From positions 3,224,001-3,288,000 of the forward strand of contig CM030333.1 in NCBI GenBank assembly GCA_017654855.1: a stretch of DNA of 64,000 nucleotides, in the 5' to 3' direction. How positions within the stretch are numbered: position 1 is the stretch's first letter; the number at the start of each line of letters is the position of its first letter. The DNA comes from Podospora anserina. Its lineage: Eukaryota. A program made the position numbers and the translations under genes. This document shows positions 1-12,740 of the stretch, piece by piece. Below the pieces are notes generated by a model. The model was not told the DNA's origin and ran no database searches. It was given only the letters and a program-made list of their open reading frames with translations.

Positions 1-625
1 ATCCACGGGTCCAATACTGATACTGCTGGGAGCCTGCAGCGCTTTGGTCATAGTCCACAGGCCCATAATTTGGCGCCTGCTGCAAGTCGATGTTATTCCC
101 ACCGGCAGGTTGCGACAGATTGCACGGGTAGAAGTTCCCATCAGCGATGTAGTACCGGTTCCCACCAGAGTCATAGACGGTCCCATCAGGGGCGGGGTAC
201 CAGGTCGTTCCATTAGCGTCAGTATAGGGGCTGAGCTTGGTTTGCTTCTCGGTCGATGCAGGCTGTGCGTGGCCCTTGTGGCGATATTGGAGAGGTCGGT
301 GTGACGGAGGTACCGACCAGCCCCAGCCTCGAGAGTGATCGCGGACATCGGTGGACACAGGTGTTGTGCCGTACTTCGAATCCGCGGTCTTTTTTCCATG
401 TGATCGAGAGCCAGAGGAGGAACCCCCCGCTGGCTGAGTGTCGGCTCTGGCTTTGCCCTTGCCCCTGTCAGAAGAAAGGTCTTCACTGTAATACCACTCC
501 GGCTGGGAGGGGACAGTTCTGTGGCGATCTCCATCTTCGTATAAGGATCTGTACGGGCTACACTCGTCGTAGAGGTCTTCTGCGCGGGTCACGCCGTAGC
601 CACCATCATCATCATAACGAGACAT
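1..625 (-). CDS. Orphan Y/D/S/G-rich protein, 3'-partial (runs off the window edge)
   Basis: CACC-ATG at 625 opens a stop-free frame to base 1 (MSRYDDDGGYGVTRAEDLYDECSPY...YTDANGTTWYPAPDGTVYDSGGNRYY). Absent from the ORF track because the stop lies outside the window. Confidence 0.6.
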   Translation of the reverse strand, partial: MSRYDDDGGYGVTRAEDLYDECSPYRSLYEDGDRHRTVPSQPEWYYSEDLSSDRGKGKARADTQPAGGSSSGSRSHGKKTADSKYGTTPVSTDVRDHSRGWGWSVPPSHRPLQYRHKGHAQPASTEKQTKLSPYTDANGTTWYPAPDGTVYDSGGNRYYIADGNFYPCNLSQPAGGNNIDLQQAPNYGPVDYDQSAAGSQQYQYWTRG

Positions 626-2002
626 GGTGAGGGGAAGGTCTTTGGATGCTTCGGGAGACGTATTGCCAATTTGCGAGTTTGCAGGATGCTGTTGTGCTGC
701 ACGAGATTCTGCACCGGTGTCAATGACAATCTGGTTGGAATGGTTGTGGGAAGGCTCTTCAAAGAGGACTGGAGGTCTTTAAGTACTTGGAACGCTCCAT
801 GATCACGGCGGCCGAGAAAGTGACCATTGAGGAGCTCAGTGTCCATCATGTCGTTCGACGACATGTTCAGCAGAGTACAAAATACCCAAACGGCTCAGGT
901 CTGAGCCCACTATTCCCGGCTTACTGGGAAAGAGCTACTCAGAGGGGGTGTGAGCCAGGAATAGAAGGCTCAACAGAAGAGAGGCTCCACTTACTAGCCA
1001 CTTAGGGGAAAATACCCTTTTATATTTCACTCAGGCAGGTACGAAAGGCTCACTTTTCGAGCCGCTCATCTTTTTAAGCCTGTAATTAATTCCTCAGACT
1101 AGGTACTTGAGCCAGTGGAAGAAGAAGGGCTTACCAGTACCGGCAGTCACCGAAATGGTTTGCGTAGCCAAGTTTCGTCTGTTGTCACGTACCCCAAGAT
1201 CGTGTCGAGTCTGCTTCATTTTCGTGCAGCTGGGCGATTCTGCCACAAAGCCCAAAGATTGTGATACCACGTCTTGCTTCACGGCACGAGCGATAGTGGG
1301 GGACGCGGGGTGTGTAACTCTCTCTGGTAGGGGTGAGATTATCTACCCACCTGGCTTAACGAGCATCTTCCAGGAGACACGCTTGTCGTGCAATCACTCT
1401 GTCCCCGTTTGGAGGTGACCTCGTCGTAAACACCGGCATCTCAATCTGGACTCTCGCATCATGCGCGTCAAATTCTCGATCATGGTGTCGCCGATCAAGT
1501 CCACGTTGGAAACCTGGGTTCAGTCCATGTCAGCCTCTTGACCCCCAGCTCCATCAAACATCTTTCATCTTTATTTCAACGATACACCCCACACCGCTGA
1601 TGCCGACCGGAGAACCGCAGAAGCTGCAATAACGCTATCGATCGTTTGAGAAGGACGCTGAAGTCTGGATGGTGCAGTTATCCTTGCCAACGAAAATGAC
1701 CTCCTCACGACCAAGGCCTGCCTGCTGATGGAGTGTAATCTGTCGTAGGGCAGATGATATTTTAACAGTGGCAAGAGGCACTTCCATTTAGCTCTCTGGA
1801 GATATATCTATATGGCACCGTATCACACCACCGGTCAATTTCCACTGGCGAACTAAACTATCATTGGCCCAAGACTTATTCCTTTATTTTTCGCCTTTTC
1901 ATTGCAGCATAGCCACCAGGCAAGGCCTCTCAGTCAGTCTCGCATTCCCCTCTCAGCGACCAAAGTCCCCCACATGTCTCGTCAACCGTTCTTTCGGTGA
2001 AG

Positions 2003-2548
2003 ATGGCAAAGAAAAAGAAAGCACAACACCCACCTCGCCAAGGTCAGGAGTACGCCCACGCCGAAGCTGGCCCTTCTTACAAACCCCGATCGTCCCACAT
2101 GTCAAGCAACCCCAACCCATCGTCTTCGAAGCCGAACAAGGGAAAGGAACGGCAGCCCGAACCCACACCAGGGGGCATAATCGATATGGGCTCTTGGAGC
2201 AACCCCAGAGATGGTCAGCCGATGATGGCAGGTGGGCAAGGTCCACCTGGCCAGTTTCCACTCCAATCACAAAAGAATATGCACCAACACTTCCCAAGCT
2301 GGCCGGAGCCTCTTGAAAACAAACAGCCCGAGGGCTTCTACCTCCAAGAAACATTTAAGAAACCCCATTTTGCCCAACAATATGAAGCCTGGTACGGCAA
2401 ACACATGATCTCTCCAGAGATATACGGCGCCCAGATCTTTGTGGGCCCTCCTGTTTTGAACCCTGATGAGCAAGAGCCTCAATACGACGTAGATCCACAC
2501 CGCGATCTTTATCAGTTACCTTCGTACGACTCTTCTGCAATTGATTAG
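2003..2548 (+). CDS. Hypothetical P/Q/S-rich protein
   Basis: ATG 2003 (MAKKKKAQHPPRQGQEY...) to TAG 2548; no recognisable domain. Confidence 0.5.
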   Translation: MAKKKKAQHPPRQGQEYAHAEAGPSYKPRSSHMSSNPNPSSSKPNKGKERQPEPTPGGIIDMGSWSNPRDGQPMMAGGQGPPGQFPLQSQKNMHQHFPSWPEPLENKQPEGFYLQETFKKPHFAQQYEAWYGKHMISPEIYGAQIFVGPPVLNPDEQEPQYDVDPHRDLYQLPSYDSSAID

Positions 2549-2764
2549 AATAACCCCCATGATATACAGTGGTAGTTATTGCGAGGCAGGAGGTTATGGG
2601 TTATTTGTGCCGGTTAGTGTAGGGATTGGGGCTCTGGTAGCTACATTATGCAATACAGCCACATGCTTTTATTTGAGAAATGTGTTCCATGGTGAAGGGA
2701 TAATGTGCCGTGATATTGATGACATGATGCTACCAGATGAGCATGTTGATGAATACGTATACAT

Positions 2765-3110
2765 AATTTACTACTATTTCAATCATCTGAGCCTTTTATT
2801 TCTTAATCCGACCCTTTTCTGTCCTACATCCGAGACTTTCTTCATCTTAACCAAAGCCTTTTATCTTCTTGACCACACATTTCTTGCTTTTAATCTGTGC
2901 TTCTAACCGTTGTTTTTTGACAGACATCCACGCTTTTTATCCTAATAGTCCGAACGTCCTCTCTATCTATTCCAAGTATTTTATTCTCCAAATGGAAACC
3001 TTTTATTACCACCTTTCTTCTGAAACATAAAAACTACAAGACTTTTATTCCAATAATTCTCACGTCTTTTTACATTCAACCCTAGCTTTTCTTTAATCGG
3101 TAAAGTAGAG
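2765..3110. repeat. Degenerate ~21-bp tandem repeat, AT-rich relic
   Basis: Periodic units such as ccttttatttcttaatccgac, ccttttatcttcttgaccacac; aligns by eye with the reverse complement of 13110-13260. Confidence 0.5.
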
Positions 3111-3835
3111 AATGAAATCTAAACCCACACTCCAATATTCAAAGTCTAAAATCTTGATTATATACACCTAGCTAGCTGCAGCGAAGAGTTGGCATGGTTG
3201 CCATGGGTGTGCACAAGGTAAAAGACCCACCAAAGCACTGAGCTTGGTGTCCAAGCGTAATAAAATGCCATGGCTTTGATCCCTCTTGCATTTCATATAG
3301 CGTACCATTCATCAAGGAATGAGTAGTCAGAACAAGTGAAAGGAATACGCTACAAAGCTGTACAAGTAGTAAAAGACTGTTGAACAAGTCGTGACCTATG
3401 TAACTGAACCTCTGCTACTACTAGAAAGTCAAAGACATGCCACTAGCAGCTGAGCCCTCTTCTAATGTGTTAGCTGTTTTAGCTCCATCCTCTGTCTTTT
3501 CTTTCCGCCGGCGATTCGTAAACCACTCCTTCGACTAACAACCAATAAGGAAGGCCGTGTATGCAATTACAATCAAACACGTCAAAGTAACCAAGAGAAA
3601 AGACAAGAAAACTGCAACAAAAAAAACCCAAATGCTACCTCCGATTGCCGTGTAGTTCCAGATGACATGCAGTGTGTGTATCCAGCCTCGATCCCTTTGC
3701 CGGGTGGTTATTCCCTGCCACTTGGTGACAAAAGTTCTCTATAAATTAACGAGAGTCTGGATAGGACCGCCGCATACTGTAGACGGTGTTTTGATCGGTA
3801 TGTCCAAACTGAGCTTTCTGAGGCGGATCCGTCGC

Positions 3836-4669
3836 TTATTCGCCCTCGTATGTTGTGGCAAAGGGTTCTTCAGGGTAAGCAGACACAGGGTAAGGTCCTT
3901 GGTTGTAGCCAGAGGTGTTCATGGCCACCGCCTGGGCGTCGTACTCGGGTTGAGCTTCATACCCGGCTCGGGCTTCATACGCACCTTGACCATAGGATAA
4001 TGCAGCAGGTGTGGTTGTGTAGTGTAATCCAGGAGTGGGCACCGGGGTCCGTAACAATGCTGATCCCGACGGTAGAGTGCGCCAGGGGAGAGCCCAGTCG
4101 GTCATATCTGAGGTTGTGTTCGCGCGATATTTGTCTTTCTTATATCCAATATGTTCCCTCTTTGGCGGTATCCTCTGTCCTGTAGAGTCCACGTCCCAAG
4201 TTTGGTCATCCGCCGTGTTGAATTTGTAATATGTGGCATATTGTTCCGCAGTTGGGTGGACGGGGCATTCAGTTCTTCCTCCTGTCATCATCGGCGCTCC
4301 CATTGTGGAAGTCTCCCAGGTTTGCTTGGGTGCCTCCTGGACTGGCTGTACTGATGAGGTGTCCCCAATCCTCTCGGGCGCCTGCAAGGCCGGCTGTGGC
4401 TTTGATAATGAGGTGCCATAGCTTTGCGGGGACATCTGCTGGACTCGCTGTGTTGATCTGACAGGCGTAGCATAGTGTCTCTGTCGCCTGGAGCTGTTTC
4501 CCGAGGTGAGATAAGAATACTCGTTGTAACCTTCGGTGCTGAAAGAGCCTGATCCGTAGCTGAGGGGAAAATGGTTATAGTCGTCGTCATAACTGTTACT
4601 TAGTTCCGCGCGCGTGAAGTCTTCGTCATCGTAGCGACTCGAACTCCCTTGACCGAGATATCCAGACAT
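3836..4669 (-). CDS. Orphan S/Y/Q-rich protein, 277 aa
   Basis: Single ORF MSGYLGQGSSSRYDDEDFTRAE...; no recognised domain. Confidence 0.6.
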   Translation of the reverse strand: MSGYLGQGSSSRYDDEDFTRAELSNSYDDDYNHFPLSYGSGSFSTEGYNEYSYLTSGNSSRRQRHYATPVRSTQRVQQMSPQSYGTSLSKPQPALQAPERIGDTSSVQPVQEAPKQTWETSTMGAPMMTGGRTECPVHPTAEQYATYYKFNTADDQTWDVDSTGQRIPPKREHIGYKKDKYRANTTSDMTDWALPWRTLPSGSALLRTPVPTPGLHYTTTPAALSYGQGAYEARAGYEAQPEYDAQAVAMNTSGYNQGPYPVSAYPEEPFATTYEGE

Positions 4670-5247
4670 GCTGACTACAAAGTGGAGAGCAGATAAATGG
4701 AGGATGTTGGGCTGTGCGATGTGGCCAGGGGTGTGATGGTGGTAGGGCGTGAGTAAGGTAGTTGGGTGGTAAGAGTTCCATGACGAATGTTGGGCTCTTC
4801 CTGCAATTTATAGGTATCCAGGAAGGAACAGGACGCTTCTCACATGCCACATCTGGGCCACGCCTCGAGACACTTCGCTGGTCCACTAAACTGCCGCAGA
4901 GGTGCTTTTCATGACCGTAGCTGAAGTATCTTGACACAGGTTCCAGAACGTCGTCGAACCACTCTTCAAGTGATACAGCTTGACGAAGGCGGGGCTCGGG
5001 GCTGGTGGATAGAGACGATGAGCTCAGAGATCCATTGAAACAGAATCATGATGAGTTGAAGGGCGGTTTGGTTATATATCTGATATTGTGACGCACAAAG
5101 TAACGCCCTATTGTTTTAGGTATGGACAGACCTGAAACATTTTCATGATCATGGGAAGCCTACTATCGGAGGACTGGACGTCGAGAATAGCGGCAAGGCG
5201 ATCGTGTTGCCACCCAGTTGCCCAACGCAGCCAGCTGCATCCCTTGG

Positions 5248-6228
5248 TCACCAGTCCACAAAATATCCGATGCCGTCCCCAATCGTACTCGAGGCCACCC
5301 CTGCGTGATCCTGGCCTACGTACTCCTTGAGGGTCACATCCCTCACCCTTCGGCTGGCCTGGATGCGGTAAAACAACTCCTGCGTCACCTCTGTCTGCTT
5401 GAACGACTGCCAGAGGGTCTTCCTCTCCTGGAATGCTTCCTCCGTCTCAGTGCGCCGCCGTGGGGGGAACTGTTCGGCCGACCCATAGGTGATAAACACA
5501 GCTGGCTTCTTTTCTATGGCCTCGGTTTCGTTCGCGCATGGCAACAGCACCGGTTGTTGGACACATCCTGTTCCCCAGCGCCGTGTGACTTCGTCGAGCA
5601 ACAATCCATTGTTCCAGATCATCGTCGGCGTCGCGGCAATGTACGTGTCGAACAAGCCCGGGTAGGCAATCAGCGCATACACGACAAATATGCCACCAAA
5701 GGAATGACCGTAGAGAGCGTCGCGTGTAAATGTGACAGATGGGAAGATGGTGTGCTGCACCCACGGGCGGAGGGTCCCGTTGATGAAGGCGATGAAATCG
5801 TCAGCACCCGACAACGGCGGATCGCTCGCGGGGTCATCAGGTAGTGGCGGACGCAGGTCGACAAAACGCCGGGTGAGATCGTAGACGTGGTTGCTGAGCG
5901 GGTAACCAATGGTCACGACGATACTGTCTGGCTGGGCTGAATCGACTCCTTTGCGCCGCTTGAAGTTCTCAACTGCGGTGAGGCCATGGGCATTCCCGTC
6001 GGTGACGTACATGGTGAGAGCAGTCTTGTTGGTGACATCCCGCGACTGCCATTCGAAAGGCCAGGACACGCCAATCTGATAGGTTAGGTTCTTGGATTCG
6101 TTGGTGGCATTCCAAACAGCATAGTTGGGAAGGAAGGTGGCAGGGAATGGCGGGAATGCCGTGAAGGACCAGCCGCTCAGAGAAACCATTTTTCTAGCAA
6201 GTACTGCAAGACTTAGAGATCTGAGCAT
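5248..6228 (-). CDS. IroE-like siderophore esterase (alpha/beta hydrolase)
   Basis: GHSFGG nucleophile elbow, YVTDGN, IVVTIGYP, GADDFIAFI, C-terminal GQDHA (catalytic His). Confidence 0.85.
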   Translation of the reverse strand: MLRSLSLAVLARKMVSLSGWSFTAFPPFPATFLPNYAVWNATNESKNLTYQIGVSWPFEWQSRDVTNKTALTMYVTDGNAHGLTAVENFKRRKGVDSAQPDSIVVTIGYPLSNHVYDLTRRFVDLRPPLPDDPASDPPLSGADDFIAFINGTLRPWVQHTIFPSVTFTRDALYGHSFGGIFVVYALIAYPGLFDTYIAATPTMIWNNGLLLDEVTRRWGTGCVQQPVLLPCANETEAIEKKPAVFITYGSAEQFPPRRRTETEEAFQERKTLWQSFKQTEVTQELFYRIQASRRVRDVTLKEYVGQDHAGVASSTIGDGIGYFVDW

Positions 6229-6765
6229 CCTGATTGCGTTTTAAGCAGCGGGCCACGGGACCTTTTGACCCAACAGTGTTTGTGCCTGCCGGGGCATTGC
6301 GGTCCCTTCACCAATCATGCCCTCGAGGTTCTGACGAATGGAAGTGCTGGTTGTTTGAAGGATTAATGACTTTCAGCTGAGGTTGTGCATATCAATATGC
6401 CACTTATGCACGTGCACTGCACTGTGTTCTGCATAATCACATGGAGTTCTGACCAGGATATAATGACGCCTATAACAGCGCATTGCTCCCATGTTGATCA
6501 CAGTCTTTTGCAGACTACCTATATAAGGGAATAAACACATTCGTATATTGCCCTGTGTGGCTTGGCAACCCGCAAGCCACCAGCTCAGCATAGCTCAGGT
6601 AGGTATCTATTCTGCCTGCAGACCGTTACACAAGCCTGATCAGAGATTGGGCCTGTACGATGCGACCTGCAGCTCACCGATTTACCAAACCCGTCCCACT
6701 AGTAACCATTTAACCCTTCGTGAGACCAATTTGCAACCGCTCACATCCTTTATCTGCAAACCTTG

Positions 6766-9700
6766 ATGTTTTTGGGTACCTGATCGGAGTCATCTTGAAC
6801 TTCACCACACCTGCGGACGATTTTGCCGGTGATGAGTTCTCAAACAACCTCTTCAGTGATCTCGCACCCCTGCTCACCCTTTTTGGCGAGCAGGTCACAA
6901 AACAGTTCCTCAGCCTGAGTCTGGGGTGGGCTGATAATTTCCTTCTTGCCATGGGTCCTCTGGGAATCAGGACTATCATCGTCAGTGCCATCCGTGTCGG
7001 TGGGGTTAAAAAGCTCAAGGCAGTTGTTGGCAGGTGTGTTCGCGTTGAATGTTCAGATTCACTTTTTATACTGACTTTCATAAGGGCCCGTGAGAGCCGG
7101 TCAACGGCCGAGCTGGAACTGCTCTCATCTACTTCGGCAGACGTTTGCGAGCTGTGGAGTGGCCAGGAGATTGTCCGCCTCATTGGGAACCCTCAGATGA
7201 AATGGCTCATTCTCGACAAGTCCAATGGCAAACTTCATGACTTACAGTCCGCCTCCGAGGAAAGATTAATTAGACACGATCAAATTCTCGGTTATTCCGA
7301 TGGTTCTGAAGTAACGTCCATTCTGAAAGACGCGGCACCGAACTTGGCTCTCAACGTCCGTCACGCCACAGCTTCCAGCAAAGAGTTGCGGTTTTGGGCA
7401 ATCGTCGGAATAGGTTTACAAGCGACAGCTATCGTCATCCCCGGTCTTGCAACATATCGCTGGGCCTGGCTAAAGGCTTGGGCGCCTGTTGCGGGGTATG
7501 GCTATCCTTGCTTTCTTGTCGGCACACTGCTAGTGATTGTAGGTATTTTGGGATGCGGGCATGTCATAGAAGGTATTACCACGGAATACAGCTTCGAGCC
7601 TGCCCACAACTCAGATCTTCAGCCATTGGTACTGCAAAGATCTGTCACAGTGGCTGACCAACACTTTTCTTCATATGCTATTTTCTTTCCGTCTAGGATT
7701 CGGACATCTACTCTGGCAAGTGATCCGAAGGAGAGCTACTTCAGGTATGTTGGAACTGGCACTTGTTGATTCCTTCTTCAAGGTAATAACTGACTATGAC
7801 CCCGGCATAGTGTACTTGCAGCTGCCTCAACTTTAACAGCACTAGTTGGGTTTGTCATTCAGTTTGTCGGCCTTCGCGCACTTCACTGGTCGGCCACTAT
7901 CCTTCAGCTTGGAATAACTTTAGTCATGACAGGAGTGCGTGCTTGGGCTCGACGAGGCCTTGCTTTTGATCCAACCGCCACAACGATATTGGACGGCCAC
8001 GAAAAGGCTTGGCTTGCTCTTCATCTTTGGGCAAAAAAGACCACGGGCGCTACCCAAAGCTCCACGACAGCATCGTATGTACGGACGTTCTTTGGAATTG
8101 AATTCAGACTGACTGAAGTACAGAGGCGAAGAAGTGGATATCACTCCGGCGGTTCAAGAGCAAGGTCCAGTTAAAGATGGATGGGATGAGGTTAGCAAGG
8201 TGACCAAACTATTCCACAACGAGTACCGCTCTTTCATATCACCCAGTGCCCGGCCAGACCTCCCAGAAGGCGAACAGACATTGCCTCAGTATGTTCCTCA
8301 TTTGTTTTATCAAAATTGGAGCGTTTCAAAAAGCAATTCAAGATGAAGCCTTTTGGGAGCCTTACACAGGGCTCAACGGAACCTTTCTCGAGCTGGTCAG
8401 GGTAATGATGTATCAGTATAGTGATCGGGGAGTCCCTCGACTTCAGCCAGGTTTCCGATCCAGTACCCCGTCTATCCTGCCTCAACAACTTTATACGGCC
8501 CAACATCTTTTTGGCCCAGTGCACCACAAAGGCCTTCCCCGCGTCTGGGTTCACGAAAGAAATTACTTTGAGAATGAGCCGACCGGAAATGAGGCAATGA
8601 GCGGATATGCAACGATTTCGAACCTGATGCCGACCGCTGACGATATTGTCCCTCGGGCTACCACTTTCACTAACTTGGCGGAGCGTATTCTGGGGTACCT
8701 TGCAACCTCCAACCACGTGCGATGGAAGGGGTTCGGTACCTCTTTCACCTGGAGTTTTACTGTATGTGTCGGTAAACTATCGCTTTACCGGCAAGCCAGC
8801 AACACCTCGCGGGTTGTTAGTTTCAGACTAGAGGCCGAGGTCGACAACACGCTCGGTTATGCAACTACGGCTCATACAGACAAATGGAGTTTTCAACAGC
8901 CCAATCTTGTTCAGGGTTTCATTGCGATATGGCTTTTCACGTTGGCTCGCAGAAGAGCGGCGATACGAGATGTCATCTCTAACCCGTGGATCAAAGAACT
9001 AATGTTCCGTCATGAATACATTGGGCCTCTTCGCGAGGCCATAGGGCCGGAGTCAGAGCTTCGGTACTTGAGAATCATTGGTACACCCGGTGCACAGACA
9101 GATGCTGTGGAAAGATGGATAGGCGTTACCACCACTGGGATTAAAACCCCCAACGGCGGAACAATAACCCAGCATGGTTCTTGTTCACCCATATTCGGGC
9201 TATATCTATCTTCGGTCTCGTATGCTTACCAATCCCTCCACCGCGTTGGCCTAGCTATAGTGACTGACCTTATTCTTACAGAAGCTGCAGAACAGAGGGA
9301 CCTCAGCCCCAGGCTGGTGAAGATGATAAAATACACCGTGGTTGGACTCCCGATGAGATTGGACGACACCTAGAACCTGAAGACGATGATATCGTCTTTG
9401 AACATCGCGCCGGTATTGATGTCTCCATGCGATGCGTGCAAGAATTAGTTTCACTATTCGTACTGGCCATTGCTTCAAATATTACGGTGGTCGGCGGGAC
9501 GACAAGGTTCGATCAAGAAGCCGCGGATATGGAGTTGGAATTGCGACGGCCGCAGCGATCTTGGACAAACATTGTGTTCACCACTATTGCCAACGAAATT
9601 GTCGATGCCGGAATTGCACGCGATCTCACGGAAGCTTTTGTTCTTGTCATTCCGGCTTTTGCTTACCATAACCTGCTACCGCGGGAGGAAGGGGTTGATG

Positions 9701-9795
9701 TCAGCTTTGACTCGGATACTGGCATTGATGGAGGTACTGGTTACCCAGGACATCCCAACGCGGGCACCTCGTCATCTGTGGTTGCGCTTGCTTGA
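6766..9795 (+). CDS. Multi-exon fungal multi-pass membrane protein (N-terminal domain typical of fungal membrane-ankyrin proteins); start appears frameshifted
   Basis: Family motifs FSNNLFSDLAPLLTLFGEQVTKQF, ELLSSTSADVCELW, QFVGLRALHWSATILQLG. Introns ~7034-7084, ~7745-7810, ~8076-8123, ~8289-8342, ~9220-9281 keep the frame to TGA 9795. Confidence 0.7.
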
Positions 9796-10312
9796 GAACC
9801 GGGAAGCTAGAGGTGTTTTAGTTCCTGTTTGGTTCTACCGCGCGTCAATGATTGAAGATTACGGTGTAAACTTTCTAACGACATCAATGTCGGTGTCTCT
9901 TCATAGGGACGAGACACAATTCTTTTAGATGGAGATCCCATGTCAGAAGTACCTTACCCTTGACTTGTGACCGACGAACTCCGAGCCTTGATATTGTGGT
10001 GTCACATATGCCTACTTCATGCAGCAGAAATGAGAAGACGGTGAGTCAATGACAATAATTATCTCCCGATGTGGCCAATCCAGTCCATTCTAATGCTGCA
10101 CACGAAGCGGGCTTATGCAGGTTGGACGCCGCGATATTGGCCAACTGCGGCTCTGAGAGGGGCAAGACCAGGCAGAACGAGCTCAGGTTACTCCATTGCG
10201 TGAATTCTGACCGCACATAAGTTGGTAGCTACCCCCCACTTTTGACTTGTAAAAGCACCTGATTCCACCTGGGTTCGGTCATTCAGAAACACAAGCCCGG
10301 CAAACCATCACG

Positions 10313-12740
10313 ATGGCCAGGTGTGCACCTTCTCGTGGCCAATCGAAGGCTGACGACTCGAACAGAGTCCAAGTCTTCCATTACGAGCCCGATACTTCTG
10401 ATTCCTATTCGGATTCCTCCGACTACGTTGAACAAAATGCTCGTTCCCCCTCCTTTCTGTCTCGCGTGTTCAAACCGAAGAAGAAGTGGCAAGATGCCGC
10501 AGTTCAGGTTTACAAGCGTCACCAGGGCGACAACCTCTACATCCACAAAGTCCGTCTGCAAAGCCCACAGCTTAAGAAAGCCTTGAAAGGCCTTCTTGAG
10601 CGATATGGGTTGGTATACCGTGATGACAGTGTCATGGTTGAATCCCTCGCCCCGCATCGCGCCCTCTTCTTTGTGCGCCATCACGTTGCCGAGATTGCAA
10701 AGATGTCCAAAGACGACGAGACCCGCGCCCATTGCTCTTTGCTTAGCGGCATCATCCAGGAAATCTTCAAGGACAAATTCGAAGAGATTGAGACTCTCAA
10801 CAAGGAGGAGAAGATCACTTTCGAACTCTTGTGGACTCTCTACCCAGAAGGGAGCATCTTCGGCACCCAGCTTGCCGATGAAGTCCCCCGTGCCTACAAG
10901 GTCAACAAGATCACTCTTACCAAGGAGAAGGTAGAGATCAAATGCGAGACAATCATGTTCAGCGGTTACTCTTTCCGACGATACTTTTGGAACGTCGGTA
11001 TCGAGAGGTTCGATGGCGAGATTGACCGACTTCAGATACCAATCATACCGTATATCGACCTGGAATGCAATAGGGGGTTGCGTGATAGGCTGATTCAGCG
11101 TGGAAGGAAGGCATTGGACTTCCAGGTCCCAAGGTACATGGAGTATGACCCGGAGGCTTGCCGTCACGATGTGGTGGCTAGCCCGTGGGTTTGGAAAGGA
11201 TCAGACCACAAACTGGTACGTCAATTGTTATGCTGGCACAACTCTTCTCTTTTACTAATTGTGCTTTTACAATGCAGGAGAAAGAAAAGGTTGTTGTTGA
11301 CTTTTTCCTGGTGCGGAAGCGTGTCCCCTACCGCTTCGCCCATGAACTTCTTCCTGGGTACAATACCGGGACTCGCATGGGAGCCAAAAACTTCCGCAGA
11401 GCAACACCTGAAGAGATGGACCACAGCAGACGCGTGGTGATGAAGTCTGCTGACAACCTCCTGATTATGTCTCCTTATGTTTCAGGCTTTTCTCTTTCCA
11501 AGAGAACCTATGGTACGTTGAACCAGCTCCTAATCATTCACCGCCATGACGTTTCTAACATCCCTAGCCGACTTCGAGCTCGATGCGCTCAAGCCGATTG
11601 AATGCGACCGGAATGCGATGGAGAAGGTTATTTTCGACGATACCAAGAAGGCCATTCTCAAAACCCTGGTTGAGAACCAGAGGCTGACGGCCCAGAATCA
11701 GGATGGTCGTAAGCCACAATCACCTCATAAGTCCTTGATTTGCGGCTAACACGAGGGGCAAAATGAAGGCAACCGGGCCCTCGTAATCTCGATTTCCGGA
11801 CCAAGCGGTACAGGCAAGACTCTGCTGGCTGAATCTGGTATGTATCCCTAGAACTGAGTTCTCCTCAATCGACCTAACCAGACCTCCGGGGCTAGTGGCG
11901 GCGTTTACTGGGCAGCCACTCTTGAAGGACTGGGACATTTTGAGAGATACATTTGAGGAGGCAAGAGATTGGGATGGCTGTATCTTAGTTGAGAAGCCAT
12001 CATTGGGCCCTTTGCCAGCTCAGCTTGATGCAAATGGTAAGCAGCCTTCGTCTCTCATCGCATTACCCAACTCGCTTCTCATGGAAAATCGAAAAACTGA
12101 TGGATTTGACCGGAACTTCAAGCCTTCGTCAAAGAGCTCGAAAATTTTAATGGTAAGTTTACCCAGCACCCCAAGCTTGGAAGCTCGTCAGATCTAACAT
12201 GACGATTTCAATTTTGTAGGTATTGTCATTGTAACATCGCCAGACAGGCCATTTGTGTCCCCCGCCATAGCCTCCCGTGCGCAGCTTCATATCAACCTTC
12301 GCTATCCCAGTTTCTTCGAGCGAAAGCGTCTCTGGGAACTCTTCAATGACCAGCTCCCTAACGACGTTGGGAAACTGACCTCAAGTGAACTTGAGCTGTT
12401 GGCAGCTCATCCAACGAACGGTCATGCCATCAAGAACCTCCTTGATGTCTCCGCGGCATGGTACAGGTCGCTACATCGACCCATCAGCCTTGATATGATT
12501 GTCAAGCTCAGGGAACATACTGTTACTCCTGGTGGCGGTGGGCCGCTTCCACCGCCGCCACTTCCCCCCGGCATAGCCTGGCCATCTAGAGGCCCGGCTG
12601 TGCCTTCAGGAATGGGGGGAAGAGTTCGTGGTCCCCCGCTTGGACCAATCGGGACTGTCGTTTACACATCCCCGTCCAGCGAGTCAAAGAAGAAGGTTCG
12701 CAAATGCATACATGTCTCTGATGATGACAATGACAGCTAG
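10313..12740 (+). CDS. Fungal AAA+ ATPase-like protein, degenerate ATPase module, multi-exon
   Basis: Family N-terminal motifs (LQSPQLKKAL, ITFELLWTLYPEG, RDRLIQRGRK), Walker A GPSGTGKT at ~11798-11821, lid ASRAQLHINLRYP..ERKRLW. Confidence 0.8.

Noticed and set aside
2541-2906. 121-aa ORF
   Set aside because: Non-ATG start, overlaps the degenerate T-rich repeat, composition not coding-like.
10283-11167. Long antisense ORFs (also 5218-5844, 31867-32559, 33964-34650, 52359-52925)
   Set aside because: Shadows of well-supported genes on the opposite strand.
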